The position numbers were made by a program, and so were the translations under genes. Shown in pieces: positions 29,089 to 37,991 of a stretch of DNA of 64,000 bases. The stretch spans positions 60,438 to 124,437 of the forward strand of contig VRUL01000008.1 in assembly GCA_019456145.1 (NCBI GenBank), read 5' to 3'. Each line of letters opens with the position of its first letter. Position 1 is the first letter of the stretch. Source of the DNA: Planctomycetota bacterium. GTDB taxonomy: Bacteria > Planctomycetota > Phycisphaerae > Sedimentisphaerales > Anaerobacaceae. The notes beneath the pieces were generated by a model. It searched no databases. It saw nothing but the letters and a program-made list of their open reading frames with translations, and was not told the DNA's origin.

Positions 29089-29666
29089 TCGAACTGCTGC
29101 TCAAGTTGGCGTAATCTTGACAGCACCCGGCTCTTGGCAATGTAGACCGCGTTTCTTGACATCTTAAACCTTTGAGCTACTTCGTCAACTGTCTTATCCT
29201 GAATCGCATAAAGCTCAAAAGCTTCGAATACCTTCGGATTAAACTCACGGCGGGCTTGATCAAGACATTTGGCAAGCACCATCTGTCGCCATTGAGCATC
29301 CCAGGACTGTTTGATGCTATGATCATCTTGTATCAAGTCCCAGAACGATGTGCCTGTTGTCTTGTCAGCTATCAACCGTTCCAAAGGCTGATGGCCTCTC
29401 AAATTGAGTATCACACGCTTGGCTACTCCAAAGAGCCAATTACTAAGTCGACCCTTTTCTCTATCATATTTTCCTTCCCTGAATGCTTTAAAGAACTGTA
29501 ACATTATCTCCTGGGCAGCGTCTTCTGCATCAGTTGCTGACAGGCCAAGTTGCTTGGCAAACTTGACCATGACGGGACGGAAGTGATCGCAGAATCTATG
29601 CCATGCCTCTGCTTCGGGAGAGGTCCTGAGTTCCTCCAAGACCTGTGTAGTCGTTACCCACTGCAT
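29085..29666 (-). CDS. ECF-type RNA polymerase sigma-70 family factor
   Basis: 193 aa. Region 2 reads DAEDAAQEIMLQFFKAFREGKYD...LSNWLFGVAKRVILN. Region 4 HTH reads TVDEVAQRFKMSRNAVYIAKSRVLSRLRQ. Translationally coupled to the downstream anti-sigma/kinase gene. Confidence 0.9.
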   Translation of the reverse strand: MQWVTTTQVLEELRTSPEAEAWHRFCDHFRPVMVKFAKQLGLSATDAEDAAQEIMLQFFKAFREGKYDREKGRLSNWLFGVAKRVILNLRGHQPLERLIADKTTGTSFWDLIQDDHSIKQSWDAQWRQMVLAKCLDQARREFNPKVFEAFELYAIQDKTVDEVAQRFKMSRNAVYIAKSRVLSRLRQLEQQFE

Positions 29667-29770
29667 CTTTTGCTCACTTCGATTAGTACATTCGCGAACA
29701 AAGTATAGCGGTTAGAAGGTGAACGTGCAACGTTCCTGTTGAAAAGCATTTGGTGCGGTAAGACCACGCG

Positions 29771-29814
29771 ATTAAAGGGCTGCGAGTTTAAAACTTACAG
29801 CCCTTTAATTTTTG
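29771..29814 (+). terminator. Orphan intrinsic terminator-like hairpin (+ strand)
   Basis: 12-bp perfect stem, attaaagggctg (29771-29782) pairing with cagccctttaat (29798-29809), with a 15-nt loop, followed by TTTT. On the - strand there is no U-tract. There is no annotated + strand gene upstream. Confidence 0.55.
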
Positions 29815-29885
29815 CCACAGGTACAGGAAAGTTTTCGATTGATTTTTCAATATTTCAACCAATTATCGGTTACAACCGAAGAGGC

Positions 29886-29979
29886 CGTTATCTGCCAATC
29901 TTGAAAAAATGTTGATTTTGTAAGTGTTTGTATATCAATAGCTTATTAAAAATAGAAAAATTGGTAAACATTTTCAATG
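29886..29979 (+). repeat. MITE-like ~94-bp dispersed repeat, copy 3
   Basis: cgttatctgccaatcttgaaaaaatgttgattttgtaagtgtttgtatatcaatagcttattaaaaatagaaaaattggtaaacattttcaatg. Terminal inverted repeats are cttgaaaaaatgtt and aaacattttcaatg. Confidence 0.7.
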
Positions 29980-30347
29980 ATCGTGTTCAGCCAGGGCAGT
30001 AAGAGGATGCCTCAAAAAAACTTGTGTTAACAGAGATTTTATAATTTGACTTTTAGCTCTTCATAGGTGTATCTGTTTCTTGATCTCGATAGACTGATCG
30101 ACGGGCGTACCGTAAACAAATTCTCTCGTAAGGTGATGGCTCAAGTCGATAAAGTAGGAAGTGCTTAGGATGTTTTGATATTGGCATCTATGGCCATTTT
30201 TACTCGTCAATGTCATGCGTTGTAGTTAAGATATCCACTGGACAAGTTTTATGAGATGAACATGAGAGTACTCTGTTTTAAGAGATCCAGATAGGTACTG
30301 GTACCCGAACAGCCCGGCGATGTAGCCGGGCATAGGACAAATGGGAA

Positions 30348-32291
30348 ATGTTAGATTACGCTTGGCCAACGGCGCACCAAATGACTAACGATCAACCTTT
30401 GAACCACTACGTAAAGAGAGCAGCTTTTTTGGTAGCATCTTTTGCAATCGTTGTGCTTAGCCAATCGCTGTCTGTGGCGGCGGGGTTTGATGAGCCCCCA
30501 GCTTGGGCACGAGAAGCAGTTTGGTACCAGATTTTCGTTGAGCGGTTTCGCAATGGCGATCCTTCCAACGATCCCCAACCGGAGTTCATGCAGGGGGCCT
30601 ATCCCGGATATGTCCCGGCCAATTGGAAGGTGACTCCATGGAATCAGGACTGGTTCGAACAGCAGGATTGGGCCAAGGCCGATAGCGGTGGTTTCTACAA
30701 GATGGTGCAGGCCCGGCGGTTTGGTGGCGACCTGCAGGGAGTACTCGACAAGCTGGACTACCTGCAAGACCTGGGTGTTACGGCTATTTACTTTAATCCA
30801 CTGAACGACTCGCCGTCGCTGCACAAATACGATGCGCGGCACTATCGGCATATTGATCGCACCTTCGGTCCGGATCCTGCCGGCGACTCGGCGATCATTG
30901 ATGCCGAGGATCCCGTTGATCCAGCGACGTGGCGCTGGACTGCTGCTGATCGTTTGTTTCTCAAGCTCATCCACGAAGTGCATCAGCGGGATATGCGTCT
31001 TATCATGGATTACTCGTGGAACCACACTGGTGTGACTTTTTGGGCTTGGGAGGATCTGAAGAAGAACCAGATCAAGAGCCGCTTCCGTGACTGGTTCGAT
31101 ATCACCTCATTCGATGATTCTGCCACTCCGGAAAACGAGTTCAGCTACGAGGGCTGGCTTGGCGTCAAGACGCTGCCGGAACTGAAGAAAGTGAACGTGG
31201 TTAGCAAGCGACTTGGCTATCCGTTCGAGGGCGATTTACAGCCTGAGGTAAAGCAGCACGTCTTTAACGTCACGCGGCGGTGGCTGGATCCCAACGGCGA
31301 TGGCGACCCTAACGATGGCGTGGACGGCTTCCGGCTTGATGTCGCCGCGCATGTGCCACTTGGTTTCTGGCGCGATTACCGGAAATTCGTGCGTCGGATC
31401 AACTCCGAGGTGTTCTTAGTCGGCGAAGCGTGGTGGACCAAATGGCCGGATCAATTGATGGATCCGCGTCCGTTTTTGCGCGGGGACATTTTCGACTCGG
31501 TCATGCACTACCAATGGTACAAGCCGGCTCGCCGTTACTTTGCGCAGGCCAACGGTGGTCTCAAGCCAAGCGAGTTCGTCGCTGAAATGAAGCGCCTCTA
31601 TGCCGGCTACGATCAGTCGACCATCCAAAACCTGATGAACTTGACGGCCAGCCACGATAGTCCGCGCTTGGCTACGTCGTTTCAAAACAAGCATCAGTAC
31701 AAGTACAGGATGGGTGCTCGCGACAACCCGGCGCTGGACCTTGGCCCGCCCAATGAAACCACCCTGCGCGAGATGCGAATGCTGCTGCTGCACCAGTTCA
31801 CTTTTATCAGTGCGCCGCACATTTGGAACGGAGATGAGCGCGGAATGTGGGGTGGAGACGATCCGGACTGCCGCAAGCCGATCATATGGGAGGACGTCGA
31901 CCACTGCCCGCAGATTTATCGACCTGACGGCAAAAAAACTAAGCCGATCGCCGTAAAGACAAATCTGGAATTGCTGGAGTATTACCGAACCTTGATTGCC
32001 CTCCGTAAACAACGCCCCGAGCTGGTTCACGGCAAACTGGAGTACACCTTGGTTAACGACAAGGCCATGACCATGGCCTACCGAAGAACGATGGCTGACT
32101 CCGAAACGATCGTCGCCTTCAATCGATCGGACAGATCTCAGAACATTCGGCTGAGCCGAAACGCTGACACGAAGTTAAAACTCCTCGCGGAGTCGCGGCC
32201 AGGCAGCTTGGCAAAGTGGAAGCAAACCGACCAGGAAATCCGTTTCGAGCTGGCCCCGCTTTCCGGCGTCGCGCTGGGTACTGTCCAATAA
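30348..32291 (+). CDS. GH13 alpha-amylase-family glycoside hydrolase (neopullulanase/cyclomaltodextrinase-like), secreted
   Basis: Has VWYQIFVERFRNGDPSND, region II DGFRLDVAAH, region III LVGEAWW and region IV ASHDSPR. Has an N-terminal hydrophobic signal/anchor. Confidence 0.9.
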   Translation: MLDYAWPTAHQMTNDQPLNHYVKRAAFLVASFAIVVLSQSLSVAAGFDEPPAWAREAVWYQIFVERFRNGDPSNDPQPEFMQGAYPGYVPANWKVTPWNQDWFEQQDWAKADSGGFYKMVQARRFGGDLQGVLDKLDYLQDLGVTAIYFNPLNDSPSLHKYDARHYRHIDRTFGPDPAGDSAIIDAEDPVDPATWRWTAADRLFLKLIHEVHQRDMRLIMDYSWNHTGVTFWAWEDLKKNQIKSRFRDWFDITSFDDSATPENEFSYEGWLGVKTLPELKKVNVVSKRLGYPFEGDLQPEVKQHVFNVTRRWLDPNGDGDPNDGVDGFRLDVAAHVPLGFWRDYRKFVRRINSEVFLVGEAWWTKWPDQLMDPRPFLRGDIFDSVMHYQWYKPARRYFAQANGGLKPSEFVAEMKRLYAGYDQSTIQNLMNLTASHDSPRLATSFQNKHQYKYRMGARDNPALDLGPPNETTLREMRMLLLHQFTFISAPHIWNGDERGMWGGDDPDCRKPIIWEDVDHCPQIYRPDGKKTKPIAVKTNLELLEYYRTLIALRKQRPELVHGKLEYTLVNDKAMTMAYRRTMADSETIVAFNRSDRSQNIRLSRNADTKLKLLAESRPGSLAKWKQTDQEIRFELAPLSGVALGTVQ

Positions 32292-32489
32292 GCCTTTTGC
32301 GACTTAGTGAAATTGGTATTCAATTCATTGCTAAATTGTAATGGATATTAGAAGAGGGTGGGACAAGACAAAAGAATTCAAGGAATATGAGCTTTATAAG
32401 AATCCCAGAATCGTCTCATTGTATTCGGCCGATTCAAGGAAGGCATTATCCCGCACATCTGTTGTTCGTTAAATGGGACTGCCGGATGC

Positions 32490-34559
32490 CTACTGCGGAC
32501 CAGACGGTAGGTGCTCGATGAGATACCGCATCATTAACATTCGCAAGTGTATCGCCGTGCCGCGGCCTTCGCGGAGCCCATGGTCGCGATTGGGATACGC
32601 CATATAGTCAAACTGCTTGCCAAGTTCGATGAGGCGATCCACCAGTCCTTCGGTAATCTGAAGATGGGTGTTGGTCTCGCCCGTACCGTGAATGATCAGC
32701 AGGTCTCCCTTCAGGCCCTCGGCGAAGTTGATCGGGGCCGACCGGCGGTAACCTTCCGGATTCACCTCGGGGGTCTCCATGTAAATCTCCTGGAACCACG
32801 CATTGTAGAGATGTGGCTGTGGCTTGGGCGCAACGGCAATCCCCAGGTGATAGACATCCGGCTTACGAAACATCGCGTTCAAGGTGTTCGAGCCACCGCC
32901 ACTCCAACCCCAGATACCGACCCGGGACAAGTCGACGTAGGAACGTGTGCGGCCCAGATCTTTTAGAGCCGCCGCCTGCTCTTCGGTCGAGAGTGGGCCG
33001 AGACTGCCGAACACCGACCGCCGCCACGCCGCACCCTTCGGCGCCGGTGTGCCCCGGTTGTCGAAGGACACCACAAGATAACCGAGGTCGGCGATCATGC
33101 GATGGTAGTCAGCTTGGCTGCGTCCCCAGGCATCCAACACAGTTTGTCCGTGCGGCTCTCCGTACACGTATACGAAAACGGGATATTTTCGCGAAGGATC
33201 GAAGTCGCGGGGCTTGATCATCCACGCGTCCATAACAACGCCACCGCCAATTTCGAGCTGAACGAACTCCGTTGGTTGAGAGATGAGCGACTCCATTTTT
33301 TTGCGTAGTCCTTTATTGTCTTCGAGTACGCGTATAACCCGGTGCTCGGGCAGTTGTACAAGCTCGGTGACGGGGGGAGTGTCGAAAGTCGAGTAGGTAT
33401 GGAACGCCCACCTGGCATCAGGGGAGAAATCGTAGTCATGGGTACCGGGCTGGTCCATGGGGGTGACTCGTTTGGGCTCTCCGGTACGATCCAGACGTAC
33501 ACGGTAGAGATACTTCTGGGTGGCATTGTCAGGGGACGCGTAGTAGTAAAACCAACCTCTTGCTTCGTCCACTACGGCACGTTCGATAATGTCGTACTGA
33601 CCGCGTGTCAAAAGATCCAGTTCCTTGCCATCGCGCGAGCAGACATAGGCATGCCGCCAACCGTCTTTTTCGCTCAGAACAATGAATGCCTGGCTGTCGC
33701 GAATCCACGTCAGACCGGCATTCTTGCCGTAGCTGGCGATGACCCATGCCGGATCGGATTCGTGGAAGATGCGCCTGATTTCACCGGTGCCGATATCGGC
33801 GATGAGAAACTCGCGCTCATCTCGGAATCGGCTCAGCTTTTCCACCAGCAGTTCATCCGAATTTCCAGCCCAGTCGACCTGCCCCAGATAGAAACCTTCT
33901 TCCGGTATGGCAATAGAGAGCCAGCGTGTCTGGCTTCCTCGGGTGTCGACAACACCGACACGAAGCGTCTCTATGGTCCCGCCCACCCTGGCAAATCGGA
34001 CTTCCTCTACTTTCGGATACGTTGGGTCGCCCGGAACAAGGACTGACCTTAGTTTCACTGCTGAGGCGTCCGATTGCACGAAGGCGATCCATTTTCCATC
34101 AGGGCTCCAGACTGCCCGACTGTTCGAAACCGAACTGCCGGCTGCATTCTTCGTGAGGGGAATCTTCCTGTCACTGCTCAGATCGCGCACGTACAGATTC
34201 CCCTGTTCGGAGTAGAGAACGCTCTGACCGTCCGGGGAGATTTTGTCAGACCTGCTGGCCTTCTTCCTCTTAGGTGAGTCCAGCACCGTGCGTTTGCCGC
34301 TGCCGGCATCGTAACGTGCCAGCACCTTTTCGTCCGCCCCTGGAACCGACTCCAGAACCGTGTAGCCCGAACTATCGTCGAGCCAGTCTGCACGAAATCT
34401 CTTGGCGCGGAACTCCCCCCGCTCGTAGATCGCACGCAGTCTCAACTCGGCTTCTCTGGGAATTACTTCTTTGACGGCCTGACTACGAACGTCAGGTACG
34501 GCGACGGTACCGACAATACAGACAAGAGTGCAACACACAAAGAACATACTCGTTCTCAT
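32490..34559 (-). CDS. Dipeptidyl-peptidase IV family serine peptidase (S9B)
   Basis: Has a signal peptide, an N-terminal DPP-IV-type propeller region, and a C-terminal alpha/beta hydrolase with nucleophile motif GIWGWSGGGS and distal D/H segments (GTGETNTH, RDHGL). Confidence 0.85.
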   Translation of the reverse strand: MRTSMFFVCCTLVCIVGTVAVPDVRSQAVKEVIPREAELRLRAIYERGEFRAKRFRADWLDDSSGYTVLESVPGADEKVLARYDAGSGKRTVLDSPKRKKASRSDKISPDGQSVLYSEQGNLYVRDLSSDRKIPLTKNAAGSSVSNSRAVWSPDGKWIAFVQSDASAVKLRSVLVPGDPTYPKVEEVRFARVGGTIETLRVGVVDTRGSQTRWLSIAIPEEGFYLGQVDWAGNSDELLVEKLSRFRDEREFLIADIGTGEIRRIFHESDPAWVIASYGKNAGLTWIRDSQAFIVLSEKDGWRHAYVCSRDGKELDLLTRGQYDIIERAVVDEARGWFYYYASPDNATQKYLYRVRLDRTGEPKRVTPMDQPGTHDYDFSPDARWAFHTYSTFDTPPVTELVQLPEHRVIRVLEDNKGLRKKMESLISQPTEFVQLEIGGGVVMDAWMIKPRDFDPSRKYPVFVYVYGEPHGQTVLDAWGRSQADYHRMIADLGYLVVSFDNRGTPAPKGAAWRRSVFGSLGPLSTEEQAAALKDLGRTRSYVDLSRVGIWGWSGGGSNTLNAMFRKPDVYHLGIAVAPKPQPHLYNAWFQEIYMETPEVNPEGYRRSAPINFAEGLKGDLLIIHGTGETNTHLQITEGLVDRLIELGKQFDYMAYPNRDHGLREGRGTAIHLRMLMMRYLIEHLPSGPQ

Positions 34560-34926
34560 TCAATTGCTTCCTTTCTTTTGAAGACCCTGCCACTTTGATT
34601 GTGTGAACTAATACAGGCCTTTTGTTCCATTCCTTAGCTATCCCAAGTAATCTTCTATAATTGTAAGGGTGTACATTATAGCATTTCCTGGCATTTACCA
34701 TACGAACAATTTACTGTCCGAGAAGTGCTGGGGGAGTGTCCACCATAAGACACCCTTCCCATGAGTTACAAAACGTCTGAATTCTTCGCCAAAACCTTGT
34801 CGCCAAAATGTCTCCACAGATGCTGATTTTGCGTCAAACGAGTCCGGATATATATCATTTTTTGGCTGAATATTGCAATTTTTAAAAAAATATCGGGCCA
34901 ATAGAGGATTCAATGGCCGAATTCAA

Positions 34927-36129
34927 TCAATACAACAAAAAGGGCTTTCGAATTTGAAACCATTCTTGTTCGTCCTGCCGTAAGCGCTTATCCAAATCAG
35001 AAGGTTTTGCACTGGGATCATCCACCCAATTCCGCAGGAATGTCCCGCCACTCAGCAGGTCGAACGCAAGTCGTTCGCGCTCATACTCGTAATGAAATAT
35101 TCGCCACAGCTCATAATCGGGATATTCCAGCCGAATAGCTTTTAGCAGAAGACAGGCAAGTCGATAAGGTCGGAATTGTTCGTGTCGGTATGAGGCATTG
35201 TCAGTGTGAATCTGGATCCCCGAACACATTTTTCCTGCGTGTTTGTGGAAAGTCGGCTCGAAACAGCATCGTCTAAGTTTACACCCGGCTAACCATTGCC
35301 GCGACAGGGAATCCATCCTTCCAAGTATTAAGTCGAAATCAATATCCGGTGCCCCCACAATCTCCAGGGGCACCGCAGTGCCCCGACCCTCCGAAATCGT
35401 GGTGCCTTCAAATAAAACAGTGCCCGGGAAACATCGTGCCATGTTGAGACTGGAAGCATTCGGACTGGGATTTACCCATGCAAGCTCGAGGATGGGCCAG
35501 CCATATCCGGGAGCTGCTGGAGGTTTGTAGTCGGTCATTCGGACGACGTTTAAATCCACGTCGAGTTTCTTGTGAGCAACGAACCATTTGGCAAGTTCAC
35601 CAAACGTAAGCCCATGCCGCATGATAAGTGAAGATACTCCCACAAAACTCTCCCAGCCATCTTCAAGAATTGTTCCTTCGATAGGCCGTCCGATCGGATT
35701 GGGACGATCCAGAATCCAGATGCTTTTCCCATGTTCGGCACATGCTTCAAGTACATAAGTAAGCGTGGTTACGTATGTATAGATTCGAGTTCCCACGTCC
35801 TGAAGGTCCACAAGCAGCACGTCAAAAGTCTCCATCATCTTATTTGTGGGTCGTCTTACATTACCGTATAAACTAAAGACAGGAATGTTATAGTAAGGGT
35901 CAACGTAATCGTCGGTCTCGATCATATTGTCCTGCTTATCACCTCGCATTCCATGTTGTGGCCCGAATGCCGATACTACATTCACTTCCGGGCAATCAAT
36001 AAGTGCATCAAGTGTATGATGACATTCACTCGTTACAGAAGCGGGATGTCCAAGCAGCGCGACACGTCGGCCTTCGAGCGGCTCGCGACACGATGGATTT
36101 TGCAAGAGTTCATCGACTCCAAGTTTCAT
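34927..36129 (-). CDS. namZ: DUF1343 protein (NamZ-like exo-beta-N-acetylmuramidase, GH171)
   Basis: The N-terminus (MKLGVDELL...GRRVALLGHPASV...VSAFGPQHGMRGD) matches the DUF1343/YbbC pattern. 400 aa. Confidence 0.7.
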   Translation of the reverse strand: MKLGVDELLQNPSCREPLEGRRVALLGHPASVTSECHHTLDALIDCPEVNVVSAFGPQHGMRGDKQDNMIETDDYVDPYYNIPVFSLYGNVRRPTNKMMETFDVLLVDLQDVGTRIYTYVTTLTYVLEACAEHGKSIWILDRPNPIGRPIEGTILEDGWESFVGVSSLIMRHGLTFGELAKWFVAHKKLDVDLNVVRMTDYKPPAAPGYGWPILELAWVNPSPNASSLNMARCFPGTVLFEGTTISEGRGTAVPLEIVGAPDIDFDLILGRMDSLSRQWLAGCKLRRCCFEPTFHKHAGKMCSGIQIHTDNASYRHEQFRPYRLACLLLKAIRLEYPDYELWRIFHYEYERERLAFDLLSGGTFLRNWVDDPSAKPSDLDKRLRQDEQEWFQIRKPFLLY

Positions 36130-36171
36130 AAGGCCCTCGGTATATTCAAGTTCCTGGCAGGGACAAGTCTT

Positions 36172-37743
36172 TTAGTATCTCCTGCCGTCTGCGGACATCA
36201 TGCCCTTATTGAGCGTGCGATAAGGGCGGCCGGGAATCAGTCTTCCGTTCTTCGAGAAACCTTCCGGCCTGTTTGCCAACCGTTGAATGAGCCGCCTCCG
36301 CCAGGTTTTCAGGATGGTACTATGGGATGCGTCATTCGACAGGTCGTGCTCCTCTTTTAAGTCCTTTTCAAGGTCGAATAAATGCTCCTTACCGCTAATG
36401 GGGCGCCAGATATACTTGAAATGGCCGTCAGTAAGCGCATGGAATGCCTGCTCCTGGCTGTAGCACGGAGCGTGTTCGAAGTGCAGCCATTCTCGGATAA
36501 TCTGTTTCTGTCCGCGCAAAACAGGCACAAGATTGACACCATCAACCCGTGTAGGGCTTTTGGTTCCGGCCAGCGCCAGCAGCGTGGGCATGATATCTTC
36601 CAGGCAAACCGGTTGCTCGATACGCAGGCCGGGCTTGAAACTCAAGTCGGGCGAACCACAGATAATCAATGGAATATTTGCCGAACCTTCATACGGCTCG
36701 CATTTGCGGAAATACCCATGGTCGCCTAACATTTCGCCGTGGTCGGAAGTGACCACAATCACCCACGATCGCCCGGCTTTCTCACTCCGTGTTTTGAAGT
36801 CGCCGATAAGCGAAGAAATCTGGTCGTCCAGATGCTCGATAAGCCCAAAGTATCCGGCTTGGGCCGCGCGCAGGATTTCGCCTTGGAGCAGAATCCGGTG
36901 GCCAGTCTTGTCACCCTTCGGCGAAAGGGCCTTCCAGTTTACCCAGTCGCCGTGTGCAGGCCCCGGCAGCTTCTTCTTTAAGTACGCGTCAAAGTACTTC
37001 TTTGGCGGGAAAAGCGGCGGGTGTGGGGCGTAAAACGAAGTTGTCAGAAAGAGCGGTTTGTCCACATCCGCCTCCCGGACTACTTTGCGCGACTGTGCGA
37101 CGATCCATTCGGTCGGGTGTAGGTTGTCCGGCAGCGGCCACGGCTGTGCCTGCCAATGGTTGTAGGTTACGTCCAGCTTCTTAACGAGTTTCCTGATGCC
37201 GCCGGTTTCCGGCGCCGATCGTTTCAGGAACATGTCATATTCATCGTTAGCAACGTATGTCGAGCCAGAGATTCGCTTCTGGTACCCACAGGACTCACTG
37301 GCAGCAGGCTGATGCATGTTTCGTCCGACCAGCACGGTGGCGTAGCCGCTCTTGCCCAGCAATTCCGGCAGGGTCTGTGTCGAGAACGGTTTGGCCCCGA
37401 ATCCCACCACGCCGCTGGTCTGGGGATAGAGGCTGGTCAGCAGTGCGTAGCGTGCGGGGATGCAGGATGCTACAGAGGTATAAGCCCGCCGAAACAGCGC
37501 GCCTCGCCCGGCCAGTTTGTCTAATTGGGCGGTGCGCACTGCCGAGTGCCCCAGAATGGACAGGCAATCTCCCCGCATTTGATCGGGCATAATCAGGAGC
37601 ATGTCGGGCTTTGGTGCTTTCTCAGCGGCACAACTTGTGGCCGAGCGAAAGTACAGGGATGATGTTGCCGTATAGGCCATCGTTTTCAAGAAATCACGTC
37701 GTTTCATGTTGTTGTGCATAATATATTTCCCGGGATTTCCCAT
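36172..37743 (-). CDS. Sulfatase (formylglycine-type) with Tat signal
   Basis: Has MKRRDFLKTMAYTATSS, LIMPDQMRGD, and the sulfatase signature SCIPARYALLTS (C-x-P-x-R). Alternative starts are at 37719 and 37707. Confidence 0.9.
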   Translation of the reverse strand: MGNPGKYIMHNNMKRRDFLKTMAYTATSSLYFRSATSCAAEKAPKPDMLLIMPDQMRGDCLSILGHSAVRTAQLDKLAGRGALFRRAYTSVASCIPARYALLTSLYPQTSGVVGFGAKPFSTQTLPELLGKSGYATVLVGRNMHQPAASESCGYQKRISGSTYVANDEYDMFLKRSAPETGGIRKLVKKLDVTYNHWQAQPWPLPDNLHPTEWIVAQSRKVVREADVDKPLFLTTSFYAPHPPLFPPKKYFDAYLKKKLPGPAHGDWVNWKALSPKGDKTGHRILLQGEILRAAQAGYFGLIEHLDDQISSLIGDFKTRSEKAGRSWVIVVTSDHGEMLGDHGYFRKCEPYEGSANIPLIICGSPDLSFKPGLRIEQPVCLEDIMPTLLALAGTKSPTRVDGVNLVPVLRGQKQIIREWLHFEHAPCYSQEQAFHALTDGHFKYIWRPISGKEHLFDLEKDLKEEHDLSNDASHSTILKTWRRRLIQRLANRPEGFSKNGRLIPGRPYRTLNKGMMSADGRRY

Positions 37744-37991
37744 AAAGAGTTTTGTATCCTTGTTCAGCTATACTGTTGAGGCTCTTTTCTAATAGAATAT
37801 CAAATCTGCCCGGATAATTCAAACCCCCTCCACCCTCAAAACAACCGATCCATAATTATCAAGGTTGACGGTATTGAAAAAAGCATATCGAGAGAACCGA
37901 AAAAACTTGTTCAAATTTGGCCGGTGTAGCCGATAATAGTTTCAAAGAGTTTTTGATAAAAGCTATCGAATTCCTAATCCTATCGACGGAG

